A DNA stretch of 64,000 bases from positions 192,001 through 256,000 of the forward strand of contig CBDATA010000001.1 in the NCBI GenBank assembly GCA_965199715.1, written 5' to 3'. Positions within the stretch are counted from its first letter, which is position 1; every line of letters begins with the position of its first letter. The translations under genes and the position numbers were made by a program. Under the pieces are notes generated by a model, which was not told the DNA's origin, did not search any database, and worked only from the letters and a program-made list of their open reading frames with translations. Positions 29,800 to 37,701 of this stretch are shown in pieces. The stretch comes from Vicinamibacteria bacterium (lineage in GTDB: Bacteria; Acidobacteriota; Vicinamibacteria; Marinacidobacterales; Marinacidobacteraceae).

Positions 29800-30984
29800 T
29801 CAGTATAGGGGCGCGGCGACGGGCTCCTGCTGGATCATGCAGTGGATTCCGCCGCCGCCGAAGTTCGCCGCGAGCGGGTCGAATCCGACCACTTCGCGCA
29901 CCGGAAACGCCGCCCGGAGCACGGCTTCCGCGGCCTCGTCCTTCTCCCGGACCGCATGCGGAAGCCCCGGCTTCCAGTAGCGCGGCGCCAGCACCAGACC
30001 GTTGGTGATCTGGAAGTTGAGATAGCTTGCCGCCGCGACCACCGGGACCGGCCCGGCGATGCGCGAACCGTCGCGGAACCGGACCCGGCGCAGCGCCTCG
30101 TACACGCCGTCGCCGGGGCCGACCTCGGCGAGGATCGGGTCGGGAACCGGCGCCCGCAGAATGCGGAAGGGCCGTCCCCCGGCGTCGCGGGCCGCCCGGA
30201 GCCGGACGAGGTTCTCCTCGAGCCGTTCGCGGGCGATCGCGGCGAGATCCCCCGGTTCCCCGGGGGCGACCTCCGCAAGCAGGACGGTGCGGGGATCCGC
30301 GAACCGGGCGAACTCGTCCGCGTGTCCGCCGGTGCCGATGGCGGTGAAGGCGCCGCCCGGCAAGGGCCCCAGCGTCGCGTGGTCGTCCTCGGGAACCCCG
30401 GCGGCGAGCCACACGATGCGGGTCGCTCCGAGGACGCGGCGGTATTCCGCCTCGATGGCGGCGAGGGTCCAGTCCGGGTTGCGCTGGCGCTCCACCGCCT
30501 CGACCAGCATCAGGACGCCGGCTCCATTCGACTCGCGGGCGCCTCCCTCGCTGACGAGCGGCGACCGCACGAGGGGGATTCCGAGCCGCTCCGCCGCCCG
30601 ACGCGCAATCGCGCCGTCGAGCCGGGACGCGGGGGAGTCGGGGCTCTCGTAGCCCCACCTGCTGAAGCGGAATTCGGCGATCCGCAGCCCGCCCCGGTCC
30701 CCGACCAGAAACGTCGGGCCGAAGTCGCGCATCCACACGTCCCCGTGCGGGATCCGGTGGACGCGCGCCTCGGGAGCCCGGGCGGAGAGGCGCTCGGCCT
30801 CGGCGGCGTCCTCGACGAGGAGCTCCGTTTGGACCCGGCCCCGCGCCGCCTCGAGGATCCGGAGAGTCAGGGGATCCGTGGGGTGGCCACGCCGGTTCTC
30901 GTACCGCGGCCACGCGAGCCACAGCGCCCGCTGGGGTTCGAACTCCGCCGGAAGCCGGAAGCGCTCGTCGCTCCCGGAGTCCAT
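29800..30984 (-). CDS. aguA: Agmatine deiminase family protein
   Basis: LPAEFEP, WMRDFGP, EGG, GHADE, ASYLNF, GGGIHC. Confidence 0.9.
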   Translation of the reverse strand: MDSGSDERFRLPAEFEPQRALWLAWPRYENRRGHPTDPLTLRILEAARGRVQTELLVEDAAEAERLSARAPEARVHRIPHGDVWMRDFGPTFLVGDRGGLRIAEFRFSRWGYESPDSPASRLDGAIARRAAERLGIPLVRSPLVSEGGARESNGAGVLMLVEAVERQRNPDWTLAAIEAEYRRVLGATRIVWLAAGVPEDDHATLGPLPGGAFTAIGTGGHADEFARFADPRTVLLAEVAPGEPGDLAAIARERLEENLVRLRAARDAGGRPFRILRAPVPDPILAEVGPGDGVYEALRRVRFRDGSRIAGPVPVVAAASYLNFQITNGLVLAPRYWKPGLPHAVREKDEAAEAVLRAAFPVREVVGFDPLAANFGGGGIHCMIQQEPVAAPLY

Positions 30985-30991
30985 GCGGCTC

Positions 30992-30999
30992 AATATACT
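30992..30999. promoter_or_regulatory. Overlapping divergent -10 boxes (AATATACT) flanked by inverted repeat GCGGCT/AGCCGC
   Basis: Minus-strand TATATT lies 7 nt before aguA ATG 30984; plus-strand TATACT lies 8 nt before GTG 31008; the intergenic gap is 23 bp. Confidence 0.6.
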
Positions 31000-31007
31000 C
31001 AAGCCGC

Positions 31008-31280
31008 GTGCGCGACTTGGACCCGAGAGACATGGAGTCGCTGGCCGAGGTGCGGCTCGTGCGCGAAGACGGCGAGGCGGATGCGGGGGCGGCGTGGAAC
31101 CGCCTGGCCGCCTTCGGCGAGCGCGTCACGCGAGCGCCTCCCGAGGCGTCGCGAGAACGCGTGGTCCCGGTGAGCGCACTGAGGACCGACGAGGCGCGGC
31201 CGGGCCTCGAGCCGGGTTCGCTCGAACGGGTCGCTCCCGAGTTCCGGAACGGCCTGCTGCTCGTTCCCCGCGTTCTTTGA
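31008..31280 (+). CDS. gatC: Divergent Asp/Glu-tRNA amidotransferase subunit C-like protein
   Basis: C-terminal LRTDEARP.L...L...AP....G.LLVPRVL; about 90 aa; directly before a gatA-like gene. Confidence 0.65.
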   Translation: MRDLDPRDMESLAEVRLVREDGEADAGAAWNRLAAFGERVTRAPPEASRERVVPVSALRTDEARPGLEPGSLERVAPEFRNGLLLVPRVL

Positions 31281-32683
31281 ACCCCGCCGTCGCGGGACCG
31301 GAGCTGCGCGCGCTCGGCGCACGGCTCTCCGAGGGAACGATCGGGGCCGAGGATGCGGCGCGGGTCGCCTTCGCCCGCATCCGGGAGGTCGAACCCGGCG
31401 TCCGCGCCTTCTTGCATCTCGCCGAGGACGAGGCGCTCGACCGGGCGCGGGAGATCGACGTCTCGCCGCCCGGCGAGCGCGGGCCGCTCGGCGGCATGCC
31501 GATCTCGATCAAGGACAACATCGCGGTGCGCGGGATGCCGCTCACCTGCGCGTCGGCGATTCTGGACGGCTTCGTCTCCCCGTACGACGCGACGATCGTT
31601 CGGCGGCTCCGGGACGCCGGCGCGGTGATCGTCGGAAAGACGAACCTCGACGAGTTCGCGATGGGGTCGAGCACCACTAGCGGCTGTCGGGGCGCGACGC
31701 GCAATCCGTGGGACGCGGGCCGGGTGCCCGGAGGCTCGTCCGGCGGGGCGGCGGCGTCGGTGGCGGCGGGGATGGCGGTCGCCGGGATCGGGACCGACAC
31801 CGGAGGTTCGCTCCGCCACCCCGCCGCGCACTGCGGGCTCGCCGCCATCCGGCCGACGTGGGGCCGCGTGTCCCGATTCGGGATCACCGCCTACGCCTCC
31901 TCGCTGGATCAGGCGGGGTGCGTCGCGTGGGACGTCGCGACGATCGCGCGGGTGCTCGGGGCGATCGCCGGACACGATCCGAGCGACGCGACCAGCGGTC
32001 GCGAGCCGGTTCCCGACTTCGAGGCCGCCGCCCGGTCTCCGGAACTGCCCGCCAGCGTGGCCGTGCCCGAGGACGCGAATCGCCCGGCGCTGGCCCCGGA
32101 AGGCGAGGAGGCGTTCGCCCGCTGCGTGGACCGGCTCGAGGCGGCCGGGGTCCGCATCCGACCGGCGCCGCTGCCCGACTGGGACCTGGCCGTCGCCACG
32201 TACTACGTCGTCGCCTGCGCCGAGGCGAGCTCCAATCTGGCGCGGTTCGACGGAGTGCGCTACGGCCCCCGCCGCGCCGGCGTGCGCGAATCCCGGTCCT
32301 TCGGCTTCGGGGCCGAAGTGCGCGAGCGGCTGCTGCTCGGCGCGGCGTGCCTGTCCGCCGGCTACGAGACCGACGTGTACCGGTCGGCGGTGCGCCACCG
32401 GAGCGCCTTCCGCCGCCGGATGCTCGATCTGCTGCGTGAGCACGACGCCCTCGTGCTTCCAGTGGCCGTGGCGCCGCCGCGACGCCTCGCCGACACGGAC
32501 GCCGCCCGGAAGGAGTACGAGCACGACCGGTGCAACATGGTGGCCTCGCTGGCGGGGCTCCCCGCGCTCGCGGTTCCGGGCGGAAGCTGGGGCGGCCTGC
32601 CCTTCGGGGTCCAGTTCGTCGGGGCGCCGTGGCGGGAGGACCGGCTGCTGAAGTTCGGCGCGGCCTTCGAAGCGCTCGCCTGA
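31277..32683 (+). CDS. gatA: Amidase signature protein, GatA-like
   Basis: IKDNI, GKTNLDEFAMGSS, PGGSSGG, GTDTGGS, EASSNLARFDGVRYG, GFGAEV. Confidence 0.85.
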   Translation: MNPAVAGPELRALGARLSEGTIGAEDAARVAFARIREVEPGVRAFLHLAEDEALDRAREIDVSPPGERGPLGGMPISIKDNIAVRGMPLTCASAILDGFVSPYDATIVRRLRDAGAVIVGKTNLDEFAMGSSTTSGCRGATRNPWDAGRVPGGSSGGAAASVAAGMAVAGIGTDTGGSLRHPAAHCGLAAIRPTWGRVSRFGITAYASSLDQAGCVAWDVATIARVLGAIAGHDPSDATSGREPVPDFEAAARSPELPASVAVPEDANRPALAPEGEEAFARCVDRLEAAGVRIRPAPLPDWDLAVATYYVVACAEASSNLARFDGVRYGPRRAGVRESRSFGFGAEVRERLLLGAACLSAGYETDVYRSAVRHRSAFRRRMLDLLREHDALVLPVAVAPPRRLADTDAARKEYEHDRCNMVASLAGLPALAVPGGSWGGLPFGVQFVGAPWREDRLLKFGAAFEALA

Positions 32684-32684
32684 C

Positions 32685-33602
32685 TCAGCCGAGCGCGTCC
32701 CAGCCGCGGGCCTCGAGCGGCTCCTCGCCGTCGGCCGTGACGAGCCGCAACCCGGGCTCCGGCGTGATCCGGCCGATGCGGGCGACGGGCTGGCCGGCGC
32801 GGCGGGCGGCGGCCTCGGCCACGGCGGGGTCGGCCGACGTGAAGAGCAGCTCGTAGTCCTCGCCGCCTCCGAGCGCGGCCTCCAGGTCGCCGTCGGCCGG
32901 GATCCGCGAAGCCTCGACGACCGCGCCGACGCCGCTGGCGCCGGCGAGGCGCCCCAGATCCAGCGCGAGCCCGTCGGAGAGGTCCATCGCCGCGGACGCC
33001 GCGCCCGCGAGCTCCCGGCCGAGCCGAAGGCGCGGCTCGGGGTCGAGGTGGCGCTCAACGAATCGCCCGCCGGTCGCGCCTCCCCGGAGCGCGCGCAATC
33101 CCAGCGCCGAGCCGCCGAGCGATCCGCTCACCCAGATCCCGTCGCCGGGCCGCGCCCCCGATCGGGTCAGAGGTCGGATCCCCGCCGCCATGAACCCGAG
33201 CGCCGTGACGTGCACGGCGAGCCGCGCCCCCCGGGTCAGATTGCCCCCGACCACCCGCGCTCCCAGTTCGGCGGCGCGTTCGCCGGCGGAGGCGGCGATC
33301 TCCCGCGCGTCGGCGCCGTCGCCCTCGGGGACGACCTGCGAGAGCAGGATCGCCGCGGGCGACCCGCCCATCGCCGCGACGTCGCTGACGGCCGCCGCGA
33401 CCGCCCGGCGGCCGACGCTGCGAATCGGATGCAGACCGCGCTCGAAGTGGACCCCCTCCTCGCAGGCGTCGGTCGTGAGCAGCAGCCAAGCCCCGTCCGG
33501 CGCGCGCACTCCGGCGGCGTCGTCCCCGGGACCGGGGAACCCGACGGCGCCTCCGGGAAGCCCGTCGAGGATCCGGCCGAGGAGCTCGTCCTCCCGGATC
33601 AC
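32685..33602 (-). CDS. thiL: Thiamine-phosphate kinase
   Basis: GDDAA, TTD, SDVAAMGG, MDLSDGL, GGEDYELLFT. Confidence 0.93.
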   Translation of the reverse strand: MIREDELLGRILDGLPGGAVGFPGPGDDAAGVRAPDGAWLLLTTDACEEGVHFERGLHPIRSVGRRAVAAAVSDVAAMGGSPAAILLSQVVPEGDGADAREIAASAGERAAELGARVVGGNLTRGARLAVHVTALGFMAAGIRPLTRSGARPGDGIWVSGSLGGSALGLRALRGGATGGRFVERHLDPEPRLRLGRELAGAASAAMDLSDGLALDLGRLAGASGVGAVVEASRIPADGDLEAALGGGEDYELLFTSADPAVAEAAARRAGQPVARIGRITPEPGLRLVTADGEEPLEARGWDALG

Positions 33603-33892
33603 GCCGGGGGCGCACCCTCCGAACGGGCGACCCGCTGCTCGACCTCGCGGAACCGGGCGCGCACGGCCTCGACCGCCTCAGTCACGGCCTCGCGCTCACG
33701 CAGCAGGTCGGCTCCCACGTTGAGCGCGGCGAGGATGGCGGCCCGCTCGGTGGAGATGTCGGGAACGGCGGCGCGGATCGCGTCGATGTGCTTCTCGACC
33801 AGCTCCGCCACCTCGGTCAGGTCCGGGCCGTCCTCGTCGGCGACGAGCCGGTAGGAAGCGCCGGCGACCCGAATCTCCGCCTCGCCCTTCAC
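33599..33892 (-). CDS. zapA: Cell division protein ZapA
   Basis: IRVAGASY, RAAILAALN, C-terminal coiled coil. Confidence 0.85.
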   Translation of the reverse strand: MKGEAEIRVAGASYRLVADEDGPDLTEVAELVEKHIDAIRAAVPDISTERAAILAALNVGADLLREREAVTEAVEAVRARFREVEQRVARSEGAPPA

Positions 33893-34263
33893 GCTTCGCC
33901 CTCCGGCTTGCCGGCCAGCTCCTCGAGGAGCGGCCGCATCTCCCTCCGCTCCTTGCGAAAAACGTTCAGTTTCGCCTCGGCGTCCTCGCGGGCGCGGCGG
34001 AGCGCCTCGATCTCGGCCTCGGCGCCCTTCAGCTTCTCCGCAAGCGAGTCGGCCCGCTGCGCCGCGTCGTCGCGGGCGCCCTCCAGCTCCCGCGCGGCCG
34101 CCTCCTGACGCGCCTCGGCGGCGTCGGCGCGCTTTTGATGGGTCCGCGCTTCGAGCAGCGCGGCCTCGAGGTCGGCGGCCTCGGCGCCGCTGCGGGCGTC
34201 GAGGCGCGCCGCGATGCGGTCGAGATCGGCGTTGAGGCCGCGCACCAGTTCGGACGACCGCAC
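33889..34263 (-). CDS. Coiled-coil protein upstream of zapA (ZapB-like)
   Basis: Heptad-rich Ala/Glu/Arg sequence and position before zapA; start uncertain. Confidence 0.6.
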   Translation of the reverse strand: MRSSELVRGLNADLDRIAARLDARSGAEAADLEAALLEARTHQKRADAAEARQEAAARELEGARDDAAQRADSLAEKLKGAEAEIEALRRAREDAEAKLNVFRKERREMRPLLEELAGKPEGEA

Positions 34264-34271
34264 CGGGGACC

Positions 34272-34646
34272 TCAGCTCGCTCCGGGACGGTCCTCGAGCG
34301 CCTGCTTCGACACTTCGACGAGCCGGTCGAACGCGCCCGGATCGTGCACCGCGAGTTCGGCGAGCTGCTTGCGGTTCACCGCGACGCCGGCCAGCGCGAG
34401 CCCGTGGGCGAACTGGCCGTAGGGGAGGTCGCGCTCGCGCGAGGCGGCGCTGATCCGGGTGATCCACAGGCGGCGGAAATCCCGCTTCCGGTTGCGGCGA
34501 TCCCGATAGGCGTAGGACAGGGCGCGATCCACCGCCTGCTTCGCATGGCGGTAGAGCTTGCCCCGCATCCCGCGGTAGCCGCGGGTCAGTTTCAGGACCC
34601 GGCGGCGCTTGTCGCGCCGGTGGGTTCCTCTCTTCACTCGTGACAT
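34272..34646 (-). CDS. rplT: 50S ribosomal protein L20
   Basis: MSRVKRG, YAYRDRRNRKRDFRRLWITRI. Confidence 0.97.
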   Translation of the reverse strand: MSRVKRGTHRRDKRRRVLKLTRGYRGMRGKLYRHAKQAVDRALSYAYRDRRNRKRDFRRLWITRISAASRERDLPYGQFAHGLALAGVAVNRKQLAELAVHDPGAFDRLVEVSKQALEDRPGAS

Positions 34647-34661
34647 GCCGTGGTTCTCCGG

Positions 34662-34856
34662 TCAGCGGAGGAGGCGGGCGATCCGCTTCTCGTCACCGGC
34701 GGCGACCCAGCCGGCGCTCCGCAGCTTGCGGCGGCGGCGGGGGGACTTCTTCGTGAGGATGTGGCTGCCGAAGGCGTGGTTCCGACGGATCCTGCCCCTC
34801 GCCGTCTTCCGGAAGCGCTTCGCCGCTCCCCGGTGGGTCTTCATCTTGCCGCTCAT
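34662..34856 (-). CDS. rpmI: 50S ribosomal protein L35
   Basis: [19 protein letters not shown]. Confidence 0.97.
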   Translation of the reverse strand: MSGKMKTHRGAAKRFRKTARGRIRRNHAFGSHILTKKSPRRRRKLRSAGWVAAGDEKRIARLLR

Positions 34857-35500
34857 GGGTTCTCCTGCGGTGCGTCGGGTTCCCCGGCCCCGGACTCCGA
34901 CGGGGAACGCGGAGGCTTGCGAACGCGCGGAGCCGGAGTCTCGGCCCGGGGGCCGCGAATACGTTCGGCCCGGCGCTCCTCGGCGAGGCGGCGGCTCGGG
35001 GAGAGCATCATGCTCATCTGGTTGCCGACGATGTTCGACCGGGACTCTACCGTAGCCATGCCCTTGAGCGCCTCCGCGACGGAGTCGAGGATCCGGTCCC
35101 CGATCTCCCGGTGGCTGCGCTCCCTTGCGCGCTTGAACCAGATCGTGGCCTTCACCTTGTGGCCCTCGCGCAGGAATCGCTGGATGTTCCGCATCTTGGT
35201 CGCCCGGTCGTGCTTGTCGATGATGATGCGGAACTTGACTTCCTTGACCTGGTTCTGTTTCTGGTGCCGACGCGCTTCCTGGGACTTCTTGCTCTGCTGG
35301 TACGTGAACTTCCCGTAGTCCATGATCTTGCAGACCGGCGGGACCTGGTTCGGGCGGATCTCCACGAGATCCCCGCCGTGATCGCGAGCGATCCTGCGGG
35401 CGTCGAGGACCGAGTACTCGCCGAGCCGCGCCCCCGCCTCGTCGATCAGGAGAACGATGGGCGCGCGAATGCGTTCGTTGATCCGAAGGGAACTATCGAT
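34853..35500 (-). CDS. infC: Translation initiation factor IF-3, non-canonical ATC start
   Basis: GGAGGTGAGGC-ATC start, then [45 protein letters not shown]. Confidence 0.93.
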   Translation of the reverse strand: MDSSLRINERIRAPIVLLIDEAGARLGEYSVLDARRIARDHGGDLVEIRPNQVPPVCKIMDYGKFTYQQSKKSQEARRHQKQNQVKEVKFRIIIDKHDRATKMRNIQRFLREGHKVKATIWFKRARERSHREIGDRILDSVAEALKGMATVESRSNIVGNQMSMMLSPSRRLAEERRAERIRGPRAETPAPRVRKPPRSPSESGAGEPDAPQENP

Positions 35501-35577
35501 GCCTCACCTCCCGGTGATGGTTGGGGCCGGCGGATTATCGCCGCTCCCGCATGGGGACGCCACTGGCCGGCGGGCGC

Positions 35578-37479
35578 CTACGGAGTCACGGAGCGGGAAC
35601 GCACGAGTTCGGAGAGCTCCTTCAGGAACTCGTCGAGCGCGACGGTCCGCTGCCCCTTCGTCCCCCGGGTGCGCAGCGAGAGGTGCCCGGTCTCCTGCTC
35701 GCGGTCGCCGATCACGACCATGAAGGGTATCCGCCGCAGTTCCGCCTGGCGGATCTTGTAGCCCACTTTTTCCCGGCGTTCGTCCAGCTCGACCCGGAAT
35801 CCGGCCTCGCGGAGCCTCCGGGCCACGCCCGCTGCGTGCTCGGCGTGGCTGTCCGAGATGGGGATGACCGACGCCTGCGTCGGAGCGATCCACACCGGGA
35901 AGGCGCCCGCGGTGTGTTCGGTGAGCAGCGCGAAGAAGCGCTCCACGGAGCCGAGGATGGCGCGGTGGATGACCACCGGGCGCATCCTCCCGCCGGAATC
36001 GTCGGCGTAGTGCAGGTCGAACCTCTCGGGCTGGGAGAAGTCCACCTGGATCGTGGCGCACTGGTGGTTGCGCCCGAGCGCGTCGCGCACGTGGAAGTCG
36101 ATCTTGGGGCCGTAGAACGCCCCGTCGCCGGCGTTGAGCGCCCAGCGGACCCCCGACTCCTCGAGCGCGCTCCGCAGCGCCTCCTCGGCGGTCTCCCAGG
36201 TCTCGTCGGTTCCGACCGACTTCTCCGGCCGAGTGGAGAGCTCCACCGACAGCTCCCCGAAGCCGAACTCGGCGTACACCTCGGCGACCAGCTCCATGAG
36301 CTGCCCGATCTCGTCCCCGAGCTGGTCGAGCGCGCAGTAGATGTGCGCGTCGTCTTGGGTGAACGCCCGCACCCGGGTCAGCCCGGAGAGGACGCCTGAC
36401 GGCTCGTGGCGGTGGCAGTGACCGAACTCGGAAAGGCGCAGCGGGAGATCGCGGAAGGACCGGATCGCCGACCGGTACACGAGCGCCGCGCCCGGGCAGT
36501 TCATCGGCTTGAGGCCGCTGCGGTTCCCCTCCGACTCGACGAAGAACATGTTCTCGCGGTAGTGGTCGAGATGCCCGCTGCGCGCCCAGACCTGCTCGTC
36601 GAGGATCAACGGCGTGCGGATCTCCTCGTAGCCGCGGCGGTCCAGCTTCTCCCGCATCGAGTCCAGCAGGATGTTCACGATGCGCATCCCGGCGGGGAGC
36701 CAGAAGACCTGGCCGGGAGCCTCGCCGAGGATCAGGAACAGGCGCTGATCGCGCCCGATCCGGCGGTGGTCGCGCCGCTTGGCCTCCTCGATGCGGGCGA
36801 GATGTCCGGCCAGCTCCTTGCGGTCGGTGAAGCTCGTCGCGTAGATCCGCTGCATCGGAACCCCGGCGCTGTCGCCCTTCCAGTAGGCGTTCGAGCTGGA
36901 CATCACCTTCAGCGCTCGGATGACCCCGGTGTGGGGGACGTGCGGTCCCTCGCAGAAGTCGAAGAAGTCGCCGACCCGGTAGCAGGAGACGGCGTCGCCG
37001 CCCTTCTCCCGGATCAACTCCACCTTGAAGGGCTCGTTCTGCGCCTCGAAGATGCGGATGGCCTCGTCCTTGTCGAGGATCTCGCGCTCGAACGGCTGGC
37101 GCTTCTTCACCAGCTCGCGCATGCGCTTCTCGATCTTCTGGAGGTCCTCCGGCGAGAATGGCTCGTCCACCCGGAAGTCGTAGTAGAAGCCGCCGTCGAT
37201 CGGGGGGCCGATCCCGTACTGCGCGTCCGGGAACAGCTCCTTGACCGCCGCCGCCAGCAGGTGCGCCGAGCTGTGCCGGAAGACGTGGAGCCCGTCCTCG
37301 TCGCCCGGCGTCAGGAACCGCACCTCGCCGTCGGCCTCGGGACGAGCGGCGAGATCCACTGCGCGCCCGTCGAGGATGGCCGCGACCGCGCCGCGCGGCG
37401 CCACCGACGAGAGCGGCGCCCCCGGTTCCAGGTCGATCGCGCGGCCGCCTTCGGAAACGAGGCGAATGGGAGCGTGCAT
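35578..37479 (-). CDS. thrS: Threonine--tRNA ligase
   Basis: RHSSAHLLA, GPHVP, RDHRRIG, KPMNCP, GAFYGPKID, HRAILGSVERF. Confidence 0.97.
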   Translation of the reverse strand: MHAPIRLVSEGGRAIDLEPGAPLSSVAPRGAVAAILDGRAVDLAARPEADGEVRFLTPGDEDGLHVFRHSSAHLLAAAVKELFPDAQYGIGPPIDGGFYYDFRVDEPFSPEDLQKIEKRMRELVKKRQPFEREILDKDEAIRIFEAQNEPFKVELIREKGGDAVSCYRVGDFFDFCEGPHVPHTGVIRALKVMSSSNAYWKGDSAGVPMQRIYATSFTDRKELAGHLARIEEAKRRDHRRIGRDQRLFLILGEAPGQVFWLPAGMRIVNILLDSMREKLDRRGYEEIRTPLILDEQVWARSGHLDHYRENMFFVESEGNRSGLKPMNCPGAALVYRSAIRSFRDLPLRLSEFGHCHRHEPSGVLSGLTRVRAFTQDDAHIYCALDQLGDEIGQLMELVAEVYAEFGFGELSVELSTRPEKSVGTDETWETAEEALRSALEESGVRWALNAGDGAFYGPKIDFHVRDALGRNHQCATIQVDFSQPERFDLHYADDSGGRMRPVVIHRAILGSVERFFALLTEHTAGAFPVWIAPTQASVIPISDSHAEHAAGVARRLREAGFRVELDERREKVGYKIRQAELRRIPFMVVIGDREQETGHLSLRTRGTKGQRTVALDEFLKELSELVRSRSVTP

Positions 37480-37511
37480 CGAATCCTCGCGGGGTCTTCG
37501 GGGAGCGCCGG

Positions 37512-37586
37512 TGGTAGGCGCGGGCGGATTTGAACCGCCGACTTCTACCGCGTCAAGGTAGCGCTCTCCCCCTGAGCTACGCGCCT
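37512..37586 (-). tRNA. tRNA-Val(GAC)
   Basis: AGGCGCGTAGCTCAGGGGGAGAGCGCTACCTTGACGCGGTAGAAGTCGGCGGTTCAAATCCGCCCGCGCCTACCA folds as a cloverleaf with anticodon GAC and encoded CCA. Confidence 0.96.
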
Positions 37587-37701
37587 TCCGGATCGGGAAG
37601 CCGGCAGTCTAGCAGTCGCCCGAGACGGCCCGATTCGACTTCTTTTCCACAATTCGACGATTTCGTGCACGGAATTCGGCTGGCGTACGTGTTGACTATG
37701 C

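Noticed and set aside
37681-37696. Sigma54-like TGGCGTACGTGTTGAC before the GspE-like gene
   Set aside because: The -12 element is GA rather than GC, and the implied TSS would fall downstream of the start codon.
37480-37700. tRNA-Val as an integration site for an island or prophage
   Set aside because: No integrase and no duplicated tRNA 3' end seen; thrS follows directly.
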